Source of the DNA: Bacilli bacterium
GTDB lineage: Bacteria; Bacillota_I; Bacilli_A; RF39; UBA660
Length of the DNA: 53,021 nt
Direction: 5' to 3'
Assembly: GCA_051872765.1 (NCBI GenBank)
Contig: JBJEED010000031.1
Span: 1 to 53,021 of the forward strand
Each line of letters begins with the position of its first letter. Within the stretch, counting starts at the first letter, position 1. The position numbers and the translations under genes are program-made. Of this stretch, positions 40,835 through 51,572 are shown in pieces. The notes below the pieces were generated by a model. It did not search any database and was not told where the DNA came from. It saw only the letters and a list, made by a program, of their open reading frames with translations.

Positions 40835-41513
40835 TTATTCCACTAACATTTAAAATATCATCTATACTTTTAAAATAACCTATTGAATTTCTATATTCAA
40901 TAATAGCAATAGCTTTAGATTCTCCAATGCCATTTAATTCCATTAATTCTTCTTTACTAGCAGTATTAATATTAATTAATTTACTTTCATCACTACCATT
41001 ATTAATAGTTGAATCACTTTGTTCTTGATTAGTATTATTTTCTAATATGCAAGCATCATTTTTTACTTCTTCACATATACAAGGCGTCTCAACAATAATA
41101 GTTTTTGTTTCATTAGCTTTTTCTATTTCTTCATTTGAATAAATAACAATAACATCACCATCTTTTAACTCTTTTGATAAATTGATAAATCTAGTATTTG
41201 CATTTTTTTTAAGACCACCAGAAGATTTAATCGCATCTATCACTCTTTGTCCTTCATATAATTCATATACACCTGGTTTATTAACACTACCTTTAACATC
41301 AACAATTATTTTTTTACTTTCAATTATATCTTCTTGTGTCTCTACTAATACATCATCTTCTTCATATATATTCTTATCTTTAACATTATTATCTATATTA
41401 AGATATAAATAAAATAAGTAAATAAATCCTAATAAATAAAATAATATTATTATTGTAGGAAATATAATTTTTCTATAATCATAATCTTTTAAAATTGATA
41501 AAATTTTTTTCAT
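40791..41513 (-). CDS. comEA: Competence DNA receptor ComEA
   Basis: TM helix, SLBB domain VDVKGSVNKPGVY, HhH ININTAS..LNGIGESKA. Confidence 0.96.
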   Translation of the reverse strand: MKKILSILKDYDYRKIIFPTIIILFYLLGFIYLFYLYLNIDNNVKDKNIYEEDDVLVETQEDIIESKKIIVDVKGSVNKPGVYELYEGQRVIDAIKSSGGLKKNANTRFINLSKELKDGDVIVIYSNEEIEKANETKTIIVETPCICEEVKNDACILENNTNQEQSDSTINNGSDESKLININTASKEELMELNGIGESKAIAIIEYRNSIGYFKSIDDILNVSGISENTFEKIKNNITI

Positions 41514-41615
41514 ATATTACTCCTTTCATATATATAATTAGAAATTAATATTTAAAACACTACTTTTTTCTAAAATAAAATCAAGTAGAATATCTACCTG
41601 ATCTTATAAATATAG

Positions 41616-42041
41616 TTATTTTAATAATCTTTTTTGAAATATTGGCTCTGACTTATCCATTGTCACTACAAAATATTCTTTTGTATTATAATCATAACCA
41701 ATACTCATTTCATTTGATAAACTTTGAAATGCTTTATGAAATGAATAATCAATTCCAAGTCTTGCAAATATGAAATATAATATACTAATACTTCCTTTTT
41801 GTGTATTTGGTCCTGTAAATATTTCTGCTTTTAATACAGGATTTTCTTTATCAGAAAGTATTTCATACAAATTATCTAATGCAATATATTTATCATAAGC
41901 TTCAATATTAATAAGAACACTACTATCTTTTCTGTGAAGTAATAATGCAATATATGAATTTATATCTCTTATATATCCAAGAGAATCTTCTTTATTTAAT
42001 ATTTTATATTGATCAATTCCAACTAAATACTTATCTTTCAT
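41616..42041 (-). CDS. Hypothetical protein
   Basis: ORF; likely start MKDKY after AGGGGG. Confidence 0.6.
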   Translation of the reverse strand: MKDKYLVGIDQYKILNKEDSLGYIRDINSYIALLLHRKDSSVLINIEAYDKYIALDNLYEILSDKENPVLKAEIFTGPNTQKGSISILYFIFARLGIDYSFHKAFQSLSNEMSIGYDYNTKEYFVVTMDKSEPIFQKRLLK

Positions 42042-42125
42042 AATATTTATCCCCCTAATAATAATATTTATGAACATAGTCTAACATGATTATTTAAATA
42101 ATTCAACTATAAATTATATTAATTA

Positions 42126-43898
42126 TTATCCCTCTTCATTTATATCAAATTGACTTGTATAAAGATCATAATAATAACCTTTATTTTTAAGTAATTCTTC
42201 ATGTGTTCCACTTTCTAATATTTGACCATGTTTTATAACAATAATCTTATCACTTCCAATTATAGTAGATAATCTATGTGCAATAACAATAGAAGTTCTA
42301 TTTTTCATAAGTGTATTCATTGAATGATTTATCAAATATTCAAGTCTTGTATCAACATTACTAGTAGCTTCATCAAGAATCAATATTTGCGGATCTGCTA
42401 CTAATGCTCTTGCTATCGTAAGTAATTGTTTTTCTCCCATAGAAATATTATTTGTCTGTTCATTAATAGTAAAATTAAGTTCTCCAGGAAGACCTTCAAT
42501 CATGTGAAGAATCTTTGATTTAGAAAGTATTGTGCTTAACTTATTATCTGATATTTTTTTATCAAAAATGATATTATTTTTTATGCTACCTTCAAATAAC
42601 CATGTATCTTGAAGTACCATACTTATTAATTTTCTATATTCATTTTTATCTAGGTCTCTAATACTAATACCATCTATTAATATTTGTCCCTCATAATTAT
42701 CATAAAATCCCATTAATAAATTAACAATAGTTGTTTTACCAGCACCAGTTTTACCAACAATTGCAATTTTTTCACCTTTATTTATTTTAAGATTAAAATT
42801 CTTTAATACGGGCTTACCCTTTACATAACTAAAGTTTACATTTTTAAACTCAATTGAAGAATTAAATACTATATCATCTAATTCACCATTTTCTTCTTCC
42901 TCTAAATCTAAAACTTCACAAACTCTTTCAATTGTTGCTATTGCCATTTGAAGGTTAGATATTACTTGCGAAATTACATTCATAGGTTTATTAAAATCTT
43001 TTAAATATTGTATAAATGATTGAATTGCTCCAAGTCTAAGCTTACCATTTATTACTCTAATTGATCCCACACAAACAATAATTAAATAATTTACATTTCC
43101 TATTGCTTTATTAAAAGGAACTGCTAAGGAACTATAAAAACTACTTTTAAATCCATAATCTGCAAGATTTTTACTTTCTTTATTAAATTTCTTTATAAAA
43201 TATTCTTCTTCATTAAATGATGTAATTACATCATTATTCGTAACACTCTCTTCTACAAAAGAATTAACATTACCTAGTGCTTTTTGATTTAATTCAAAAT
43301 ATTTTTGAGTTTTTTTAACTATATAAGCAAGTAATATAAATGTAATTGGTATTACTATTATAGTTATTAAAGCTAATGTAACATCTAATATAAACATCAT
43401 TGTTACAACACCAATAATTAAAGATATATTATATACTAAATCTGGAACAATTGCTGTTAAATTATCAGTAAGTCTTTCTACATCATTTGTTATTTTACTA
43501 ATAATATCACCCTTTTTTATGGTATCTAATTTAGATAGTTTAATTTTGTTAATTTTTGATATTAGTTTTCGTCTTAAATCATATCCTATTTTCTGACCAA
43601 GCTCACTTGCTAAATAACTTTTAAAATATGTGCAAATAGCATCCATTATATAACAACCTAACACTACTAAAAGTATTTTTGTTATATATGGCATATCAAA
43701 TGATATTTTATTGCTTATTGAATTATACAAACTATCTGTTGCATATCCTAAAAAATAAGGTGCTAATGAATTAAAACCAGCAGCTAATATACAAAATAGT
43801 ATAATCAGTATAAATGACTTTTTATATCCCTTAATAATTCTATGTATTTTACTAAAAGTTTCTTTAAAGGAAGTATTATTCTTTTTTCTCTTTTTCAT
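42126..43898 (-). CDS. ABC exporter, fused permease/ATPase (heterodimer subunit B)
   Basis: TM domain, GKTGAGKT, ISMGEKQ, ILDEATS, IAHR. Confidence 0.93.
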   Translation of the reverse strand: MKKRKKNNTSFKETFSKIHRIIKGYKKSFILIILFCILAAGFNSLAPYFLGYATDSLYNSISNKISFDMPYITKILLVVLGCYIMDAICTYFKSYLASELGQKIGYDLRRKLISKINKIKLSKLDTIKKGDIISKITNDVERLTDNLTAIVPDLVYNISLIIGVVTMMFILDVTLALITIIVIPITFILLAYIVKKTQKYFELNQKALGNVNSFVEESVTNNDVITSFNEEEYFIKKFNKESKNLADYGFKSSFYSSLAVPFNKAIGNVNYLIIVCVGSIRVINGKLRLGAIQSFIQYLKDFNKPMNVISQVISNLQMAIATIERVCEVLDLEEEENGELDDIVFNSSIEFKNVNFSYVKGKPVLKNFNLKINKGEKIAIVGKTGAGKTTIVNLLMGFYDNYEGQILIDGISIRDLDKNEYRKLISMVLQDTWLFEGSIKNNIIFDKKISDNKLSTILSKSKILHMIEGLPGELNFTINEQTNNISMGEKQLLTIARALVADPQILILDEATSNVDTRLEYLINHSMNTLMKNRTSIVIAHRLSTIIGSDKIIVIKHGQILESGTHEELLKNKGYYYDLYTSQFDINEEG

Positions 43899-43900
43899 AA

Positions 43901-45607
43901 TTATACCTCCCTTTTTTGTGAATCGATAAATTCTTTAAATATTGTACTACTTTTCTCAAGTTCCTCATAAGTACCAATATCTTCGATTTTACCTTCTTCT
44001 ATTACGATTATTCTATCACAATCTTTAATAGTACCTACCCTTTGAGTAATTAATATAACCATTTTATCATTATATTCTTTCTTTATTGCTTCTCTTATTC
44101 TTTTATCAGTTATATAATCAACTGCACTAAAAGAATTATCAAAAAGTAAACATTCTCCTCCACTTAGAAGTGCTCTTGCAATAGACATTCTTTGTTTTTG
44201 ACCACCAGATAAATTGACTGCTGATTGCTCAACCTTATAATCATACCCTTCTTCATTATTATCAATAATATCATGTATAGCAGCAGTATGCATTACTTCA
44301 TCTATCTCACTTATATTGTATTTATTACCAAATGTAAGATTTTCTCTTATTGAACCTCTAAATAACAATGATTTCTGTGGAGTATATGCAAAAATATCTC
44401 TTAATGATTCTATATCATATTCCCTAATATCAATTCCATTTATAAGTATTTCTCCACTTGTTGCATCTATATGTCTTAAAAGTAAATTTACAATAGTAGT
44501 CTTTCCACTTCCTGAAGAACCAATTATTCCAATACTTTCCCCCTTAACAATTTTAAAATTTATATTTTTAAGCATTAAATTACGAGCATTTTCATATTTA
44601 AAGCATACATCTCTAAATTCTATACTTTCAAGAGTTTTTAATTTAATACTACCTGTATTTTTAATAGATGGTTTGACATTTAATATTTCATTTATTCTCT
44701 TAAATGAAACCATTACTCTTGGGATATTTAATATTATCACAAGTAACATTAAAAAGCTTACTAAAACAGTTGCCATATATTGAATAAATGCCATCATCGA
44801 TCCTATTTCTAATTCATTAGAACTAATAAATCCTGTTGAAACATATACTATTATTATAGTTGCAATATTAATAATTAAAATCATCATAGGTTGAACAAGA
44901 TATATTATTTTATTTAAAAATATATTTAATTTCTTATTTTCATCATTCACTTTATCGAATCTATTTTTAAAAAAATCTTGTTTATTGAATGCTTTAATAA
45001 CTCTTAAACCATATAATATTTCTCTAGATGTTGCATTTATTTTATCTAACAATTGCTGTAATTTCTCAAATTTAGGATATACTATTGAAAATATTATTAT
45101 AAGTCCAAGCATAAGTACACAAAGAGATACAACTACTATAGGAACAAGAGATGGTGCCGTTAGATATCCCATAATAGCGGCTCCTATTCCCATTATTGGA
45201 GCAAAAATTATAAGTTTTAATCCAAATGAAAATGTTGATGTAATATTACTTACATTATTTGTACTTCTAGTAATAAGAGTTGAAACTCCAAATTCATCTA
45301 TTTCTCTTTTACTAAAACTATTTATTTTTTTATATAAAGCATCTCTTATATTATAACCATAATAATTAGAAAATTTTGATGTGCTATACACAACTAATAT
45401 ATTAGATAATAAAGCAAAAATTGTAACTATAGTCATTAGTATAGTTTTATTTATAATAAAATCTTTATTACTATTTACAATGCCAATATCAATAATATCA
45501 CTCATTATATTAGGTAAATACAGTTCACAAATAACTTGAATTATTGAAAATATTAACATAAGTAAAATATATTTTCTAAGTCCTTTTGTTAACTTAAATA
45601 ATTTCAT
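43901..45607 (-). CDS. ABC exporter, fused permease/ATPase (heterodimer subunit A, degenerate site)
   Basis: GSSGSGKT, LSGGQKQR, degenerate FDNSFSAVD and TQR switch. Confidence 0.93.
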   Translation of the reverse strand: MKLFKLTKGLRKYILLMLIFSIIQVICELYLPNIMSDIIDIGIVNSNKDFIINKTILMTIVTIFALLSNILVVYSTSKFSNYYGYNIRDALYKKINSFSKREIDEFGVSTLITRSTNNVSNITSTFSFGLKLIIFAPIMGIGAAIMGYLTAPSLVPIVVVSLCVLMLGLIIIFSIVYPKFEKLQQLLDKINATSREILYGLRVIKAFNKQDFFKNRFDKVNDENKKLNIFLNKIIYLVQPMMILIINIATIIIVYVSTGFISSNELEIGSMMAFIQYMATVLVSFLMLLVIILNIPRVMVSFKRINEILNVKPSIKNTGSIKLKTLESIEFRDVCFKYENARNLMLKNINFKIVKGESIGIIGSSGSGKTTIVNLLLRHIDATSGEILINGIDIREYDIESLRDIFAYTPQKSLLFRGSIRENLTFGNKYNISEIDEVMHTAAIHDIIDNNEEGYDYKVEQSAVNLSGGQKQRMSIARALLSGGECLLFDNSFSAVDYITDKRIREAIKKEYNDKMVILITQRVGTIKDCDRIIVIEEGKIEDIGTYEELEKSSTIFKEFIDSQKREV

Positions 45608-45617
45608 TCTTTTCTCC

Positions 45618-46700
45618 TTATAAAATCATATTTATTATTTCATTCATTATATATATCTTATCTTCAGGAATATAAAGATAACCATTTTTATTAATAATAA
45701 GTTTTTTTGAAATTACTTCTTCAAACTTAAATTCACTAAATATATCTGTATTAAATTTATTTTTAAAATTTTCAATGCTTATTCCATCTAACTTTCTAAG
45801 TCCAAGTATTACTTCATTTTCCATTTCTTCACGAATTGAAACTAAAAATTCATCAAGTCTATATTCACCTTTTATATATTTATTATAACTTCTAGTATTT
45901 TCATATCTCATATCATTTATATAGCCATGACTTCCAAGACCAAATCCATAATATTCTTGATTATTCCAATAAGTTAAATTATGCTTACTTTCTTTTTTAC
46001 TCTTGGCAAAATTACTAACTTCATAATGATAATAACCATTTTGTTTTAATTTTTTACATATATATTTATACATTTTATAATCTAATTCTTCACTTACACT
46101 CTTAACTTTTTTATTATAAAGTGCTGTATGTTTTTCAATTATTAATGAATATGTACTAATATGATCCACATCTAGTTTTAATATTGATTTTATATCACTT
46201 TTAAGTATTGACATATTCTCAGTAGGTAAAGCATATATTAAATCAACATTAATATTATCAAATCCATATTGTTTACATAATTTAATATTTTTAATAATAT
46301 TTTTTTTATCATGCTTTCTATTTAAAAATTTAAGATTATATTTATTAAAACTCTCAACACCAATGCTAATTCTATTAACATTATTTTCTTTTAAAATATT
46401 AAGTAATTCATCATCTATATCATTTACATTACATTCAAATGTTATTTCACAATTTTCTACTTTATTAAATACCTTAAGTATACTAAATAATTTTTTTAAA
46501 TTAGATTTGCTTAGAGAAGATGGAGTTCCACCACCTATATACAATGTATCAATAACATCTTTTTCATAGAATTTATTTATTTCTTTTTCTAAAGAATCCA
46601 AATAATTAGATGCCCATGATTCATTATTCAAATACTTACAAAAATCACAATAAGAACAAATACTATTGCAAAATGGAATATGAATGTAAACACTTCTCAT
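45618..46700 (-). CDS. hemW: Radical SAM heme chaperone HemW (HemN-like)
   Basis: YIHIPFCNSICSYCDF, GGGTPS, YEVSNFA, HNLTYW. Confidence 0.93.
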   Translation of the reverse strand: MRSVYIHIPFCNSICSYCDFCKYLNNESWASNYLDSLEKEINKFYEKDVIDTLYIGGGTPSSLSKSNLKKLFSILKVFNKVENCEITFECNVNDIDDELLNILKENNVNRISIGVESFNKYNLKFLNRKHDKKNIIKNIKLCKQYGFDNINVDLIYALPTENMSILKSDIKSILKLDVDHISTYSLIIEKHTALYNKKVKSVSEELDYKMYKYICKKLKQNGYYHYEVSNFAKSKKESKHNLTYWNNQEYYGFGLGSHGYINDMRYENTRSYNKYIKGEYRLDEFLVSIREEMENEVILGLRKLDGISIENFKNKFNTDIFSEFKFEEVISKKLIINKNGYLYIPEDKIYIMNEIINMIL

Positions 46701-46718
46701 ATATACTACCTCAGTATA

Positions 46719-46747
46719 ATTATACTAATTTTTATATTGATTTGCAA
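46719..46747 (-). promoter_or_regulatory. sigmaA-type promoter for hemW
   Basis: TTGCAA-17 nt-TATAAT. Confidence 0.65.
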
Positions 46748-46779
46748 AGTATTTTAAATACAAAAAATAAAGTAAAAAA

Positions 46780-47988
46780 TTACTTTATTTTAAGTTCAAA
46801 ACCATTTTTATCAACTGGTAGTAATTGTGGTATATCAAAATTATTTTCTGAATATTCTCTTAAAACCCTATCTCTTCTTAATATTATTAAACCTTTTCTT
46901 AAGATTTGTCTTATTCTAGATGAAGAAACATTAAGCTCTTTAGCAATTTCTTCATCAGTATATTTTTTATCAGAGCAATATTTCATAACTATTGCTTTTC
47001 TAGTTCTATCATCTAATCTATCATTATTATATAACGCTCTTCTTATATCTAATATTTTTGCTTTTCTTAAATAATCGTCTTCTATATTAACTCTCTCATC
47101 ACTTAAAATATCACTTAATGTAAACTCTTCATTATCACTTATAGTGGTTGAAATTGATGTAATACTTGGAAGAGATTTACAAAACTCCACTCTACTTTCT
47201 TGCATATTTAAATCTTTTGCTATTTGCTTGTTACTTGGTTCAACATCATGATTATTTATTTTATATTCTTCTATATATGAACAAATTTTATTGTAATCAG
47301 CGTTTACTCTTTCTGGAATTATAATGCTTCTTTTTTCAACCGTGTGTCCTCTTGTTATAGCTTGTCTAATCCACCAAGATGCATATGTTGAAAATTTATA
47401 TCCCAATGAAACATCAAACTTTTCTATTGCTTTAATTAATCCAATATTGCCATCTTGAATAGCATCTTCAAATGAATATCCTTTATTAGCATAATATTTA
47501 GCAATGGAAACAACTAATTTTAAATTATGATTTATTAAATCATTATATGCATCAGTATCTCCAGACTTAATTCTATCAAATAATTCTACTTCTTCTTCTC
47601 TTTCTAAAATATCAAAATTTCCAATTTCTTTTAAATAAATACTTATCACATCTAAATTAGATTTATCATTATATTTTTTCTCACTAGAAAACTTTAAATC
47701 TTTATTATTTTTATAAACACTAATTATTAATTCTACATTTTCATCAATTACTTCAAAATCACTAAGTTCTATTATAGCATCTATCATTGAACATAACAAT
47801 AAGCTTGAATTTAATATCTCATCAGCATCTAGTTCTCCTAATTTAAAATTATTATTTTTAAAGAATTGAATTAATTTTTTATAATTTTTTATTTGACTAG
47901 ATTTACTAGGTTCTTTATCAAAATTACTTTCAATAAAATCAACTATTATTCTATTTTGAATTTTATTTAACTTTAAATCCTCTTTCAT
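46780..47988 (-). CDS. RpoD-like sigma70 factor, array member 5
   Basis: YLKEIG..L.REEE, NLKLVVSIAK, QDGNIGLIKAIEKFD..GYKFSTYASWWIRQAITR, region 4 SSSRIRQI; start ATG 47988. Confidence 0.93.
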   Translation of the reverse strand: MKEDLKLNKIQNRIIVDFIESNFDKEPSKSSQIKNYKKLIQFFKNNNFKLGELDADEILNSSLLLCSMIDAIIELSDFEVIDENVELIISVYKNNKDLKFSSEKKYNDKSNLDVISIYLKEIGNFDILEREEEVELFDRIKSGDTDAYNDLINHNLKLVVSIAKYYANKGYSFEDAIQDGNIGLIKAIEKFDVSLGYKFSTYASWWIRQAITRGHTVEKRSIIIPERVNADYNKICSYIEEYKINNHDVEPSNKQIAKDLNMQESRVEFCKSLPSITSISTTISDNEEFTLSDILSDERVNIEDDYLRKAKILDIRRALYNNDRLDDRTRKAIVMKYCSDKKYTDEEIAKELNVSSSRIRQILRKGLIILRRDRVLREYSENNFDIPQLLPVDKNGFELKIK

Positions 47989-47989
47989 A

Positions 47990-49198
47990 CTAATTATCAC
48001 CTCTATATTTATAAGAATAATTTAATTGTGCTGGTTTTGTTTGCTCTTGATGAGAAATATTATCACAATCAAACATTGATAATTTTTTATCACTTCTAAC
48101 TCTATCAATTATTATTTTTTTAACTTCACTAACATATTGATGAGATATACCCATAGCATCAGCAGTTTCTTTATCACTATATTGATTATATACCATCATT
48201 CTAAATATTTCTTTTTGTTTTTTAGTTGGTTTTTTTGCTTTATCAAATTCTTTACTAAAATCTTGAGCAAATATTCTATTTATAACTCTATCTTCTAAAC
48301 TTTCTTCATCACACGAAACGACTGAATAAAGAGTATCTTCATTTTCTTCACTGATATATGTATCTAGAGAAATTGCATCATCAATAATATTTTTTATAAA
48401 TTTTACTGTATCTATACTCATATTTGTTAGTTTTGATAATTCCTCATTTGTAGGTTCTTTACCATATATTTTTCTATATTCATCTATTGCTGCTGATATT
48501 CTAGCTCTATTTGCCTCATTATTAACTGATGTTTTTATAATTCTATTCATTATTACATATCTTTTTATACTAGAATATATTGCAGGATATACAAATGTAG
48601 AAAACTTATATCCTAAATTGCCATCAAATTTTTCAACAGCCTTAATAAGTGCTATATTTCCCTCTTGCACTAAATCCATTAAAGGAATTGAAGAATAATC
48701 AAACTTTCTAGCTATTGAAACAACTAATCTTAAATTGTGCTTTATTAATTCATCACGAGCTTTCACATCACCATTTTTAATTCTTTGATAAAGCTTAAAC
48801 TCATCTTCTCTTGATAATATTTTATAACCCTTTATTTCCAATAAATACATAGTAGTTGAATCATTTTTATTACTATTAACATATTCACCTATTAACTGAT
48901 TATAATTACTATCAAAACTCTCTTTTTCACATTCACTAATCATTTTATAAGCATCAAATAAGTTATTTGTACCGTATAAATGATTAATATCTTTTACTTT
49001 ATTTACTACACTTATCATCCTATTTAACTTAGGGCTCAAACTCAATAGAATAGTAGCATCTTCAATACTAATTGAATATTTTATTTCATTCAAAAAAACA
49101 AGTAATTTTTTATAATTCTCAAGTTGTATAGAATTACTCATTTTATCTTTAAAATTATTATTTACAAACTCAATTATTAATTTATTTACTTTACTCAT
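47990..49198 (-). CDS. RpoD-like sigma70 factor, array member 4 (most divergent)
   Basis: NLRLVVSIARK, DLVQEGNIALIKAVEKFD..GYKFSTF, region 4 GISHQYVSE; start ATG 49198. Confidence 0.9.
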   Translation of the reverse strand: MSKVNKLIIEFVNNNFKDKMSNSIQLENYKKLLVFLNEIKYSISIEDATILLSLSPKLNRMISVVNKVKDINHLYGTNNLFDAYKMISECEKESFDSNYNQLIGEYVNSNKNDSTTMYLLEIKGYKILSREDEFKLYQRIKNGDVKARDELIKHNLRLVVSIARKFDYSSIPLMDLVQEGNIALIKAVEKFDGNLGYKFSTFVYPAIYSSIKRYVIMNRIIKTSVNNEANRARISAAIDEYRKIYGKEPTNEELSKLTNMSIDTVKFIKNIIDDAISLDTYISEENEDTLYSVVSCDEESLEDRVINRIFAQDFSKEFDKAKKPTKKQKEIFRMMVYNQYSDKETADAMGISHQYVSEVKKIIIDRVRSDKKLSMFDCDNISHQEQTKPAQLNYSYKYRGDN

Positions 49199-49227
49199 AT
49201 TTTTCACCCCCCTTTTTAAACTTAATA

Positions 49228-50331
49228 TTATATTAATGATTTTGCTTTTTTTAGTTTCATTACAGCACTAGTTTCTATACTTTTTACTCTTTGTTTTGTA
49301 ATTCCATTTAAGAATTGTCCAATTTCTTTAAAACTATATCCATACACATATTTATATAACAATACTTTTTGTTCAGTTTCACTTATTTTTGCCTTTTCAT
49401 AAAGTGATTCTAAAGTTTTAGCAGCATAGATTCGTTGAATTAATTCTTCTTCTAAATCTGTGTCTGATACAATATAATCACCTAAAGTACCATCATAATC
49501 TGGCTGTATTTTATCATCTATACTTAATGTTCCTATTAATGCTCTTTCTAATATACTGATTGTTTGAATTGAATATCCACTTAAAGTAGATAATTCTTTT
49601 ATTGTTGGATTTCTAAAATATTTATTTTTAAATTCTCTTTTGATTACACCCAATTTTTCATTTCTCTCCCAAGCAGCAACTGGAATTCTAATTGTCCTTG
49701 ATGTATTGTCTATATATCTTTTCATTTTTTGTCTTATAGAGTATGTAGCATATGTTGAAAACTTAAATCCTCTAGTTTCATCAAATGTAGAAACACAATT
49801 AATAAGTCCAATATTTCCTTCTTGTATCAAATCCTCAATAGCAATACCTGAATTTGCAAATCTTTTTGCATTATTAACCACTAATTTTAAATTATGATTA
49901 ATAATTTTTTTTCTTGCTAATTCATTACCTTTATTAGCTAATTCAAATAGTTCCTTCTCTTCTTCTCTACTTAATACTTTAAAGCCTTTAATTTGTTGGA
50001 TATACATATTAACTGAGCTTCCTAACTCACAATCAATATCAAAATCCAAATCAAATTCATCATCATATAAAGTAAACATAGACTTTATACAAGAAGGGAC
50101 ATCTAATTTAATTGATCTAACAGCATAAATAATATCTAATAATGACGGAATATTTTTAATTAAGTATTCTGCTTCAAATTCATTAATTACATATTTTTTT
50201 AATTCTAAAAATTCAATTAATTTTTTATAATTTTTTATATATGTTGAATTATTATTATTATCTTTTTCAAATTCTAAATTAATAAAATTAATAATTTTAT
50301 TTAGTTTATCTTTATCAATTACTGTTTTCAT
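49228..50331 (-). CDS. RpoD-like sigma70 factor, array member 3
   Basis: NLKLVVNNAKR, DLIQEGNIGL, RGFKFSTYAT, RTIRIP, TKQRVKSIE; start ATG 50331 or 50343. Confidence 0.92.
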   Translation of the reverse strand: MKTVIDKDKLNKIINFINLEFEKDNNNNSTYIKNYKKLIEFLELKKYVINEFEAEYLIKNIPSLLDIIYAVRSIKLDVPSCIKSMFTLYDDEFDLDFDIDCELGSSVNMYIQQIKGFKVLSREEEKELFELANKGNELARKKIINHNLKLVVNNAKRFANSGIAIEDLIQEGNIGLINCVSTFDETRGFKFSTYATYSIRQKMKRYIDNTSRTIRIPVAAWERNEKLGVIKREFKNKYFRNPTIKELSTLSGYSIQTISILERALIGTLSIDDKIQPDYDGTLGDYIVSDTDLEEELIQRIYAAKTLESLYEKAKISETEQKVLLYKYVYGYSFKEIGQFLNGITKQRVKSIETSAVMKLKKAKSLI

Positions 50332-50360
50332 ATTTCCCCCCATTTTTTATTTATTTAAAG

Positions 50361-51545
50361 CTATTTAATCATTCTTCTTAATCCTAATCGTGAAATATAT
50401 ATATTTCTTAATTTATCTGACCCTCTTTTTTCTATTTGTCTTATTCTTTCCTTAGTTAAATTAAATTCTTGTGCTACTTCATCCAATGTTTTTTTATCAC
50501 AATCATCATCACCAATTCTAAGTCTTAAAATAGTTTTCTCTCTTTCATTTAAAACATTTATTTCACTTAAAATATCACTAATACTAGAATATATTAATCT
50601 ATCAATTACAATATCCTCAACGTTACAAGAATCATCCGCTTTATCTTCTAATAATGATTCTAATTCATCTTCTCCTCTTTCGCCTACTGTAGTATTTGAA
50701 CTAACAGTATCAACACAATGATTCTTAACATCTTTAATAGTATTTACAGAAAGTCCTGTTAATAAAGATAATTCTTTATTATTTGGTTCCCTACCATTTG
50801 CGCAAATGAAAGAATCTGAAGCTTTTTTTACTTTTAATATTTTTTCTTGCATATGAATTGGTATTCTAATTACTTTACTTGTATTTTGAATTGCTCTTTG
50901 TATTTTATGTTTAATACATATGTAAGCATAAGTTGAAAATTTATTTCCACGTCTATAATCATATGTATCAACTGCTCTTATTAATCCATCATTTCCCTCT
51001 TGCACTAAATCTTCTATATCTAAATCACACCCTACATACTTCTTAGCTATAAAAATTACTAATCTTAAGTTATGATTTATAATTCTTTCACGAGCTTTAA
51101 CATCGCCATTTTCATATTTTTTAAATAATTCTACTATCTCTTCATTGCTTAATAATTTATATTCAGAAATATCCTTTAAATATAATTTAAAGGATGATAT
51201 ATTTTCTAAACTACTTTCATTAAAAACTAAATCATTTTCAGAATCATTTTCTATTTCACTTACTTCTTTATAATCAAACAATCCTTTATCTAGTTGTTCA
51301 GATTTATTAGCATATTTTCTTACAACTTTCATACAAACATTTAATTTTTGAGATTTAGAAAATAATAATTCTGCATCTAATTCACTTATTTTATAATTAT
51401 TTGCTTTTAAAAATATTAATAATTTTTTATAATTCTTCATTTGTTCAGAATCGAATCTACTTTCATTAAAATTACTATTAATATATTTTATTATTTCTTC
51501 TATTTCATCTAAACTTAACATTTTTATTGTATCTTCTTTATTCAT
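50361..51545 (-). CDS. RpoD-like sigma70 factor, array member 2
   Basis: NLRLVIFIAKKY, DLVQEGN.GLIRAV, KFSTYA, IRIPIHM, TLDEVA..TKERIRQIE. Confidence 0.93.
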   Translation of the reverse strand: MNKEDTIKMLSLDEIEEIIKYINSNFNESRFDSEQMKNYKKLLIFLKANNYKISELDAELLFSKSQKLNVCMKVVRKYANKSEQLDKGLFDYKEVSEIENDSENDLVFNESSLENISSFKLYLKDISEYKLLSNEEIVELFKKYENGDVKARERIINHNLRLVIFIAKKYVGCDLDIEDLVQEGNDGLIRAVDTYDYRRGNKFSTYAYICIKHKIQRAIQNTSKVIRIPIHMQEKILKVKKASDSFICANGREPNNKELSLLTGLSVNTIKDVKNHCVDTVSSNTTVGERGEDELESLLEDKADDSCNVEDIVIDRLIYSSISDILSEINVLNEREKTILRLRIGDDDCDKKTLDEVAQEFNLTKERIRQIEKRGSDKLRNIYISRLGLRRMIK

Positions 51546-51572
51546 TTTATTTCCCCCCTATCTTTTATCATA

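Noticed and set aside
3329-49897. Short plus-strand ORFs in the track (e.g. 3329, 4957, 8504, 10239, 11296, 23523-25637, 29596, 29906, 41182, 44316, 44985, 46363, 46610, 49640)
   Set aside because: They lie antisense to well-supported minus-strand genes, lack convincing SDs and have shadow-ORF composition.
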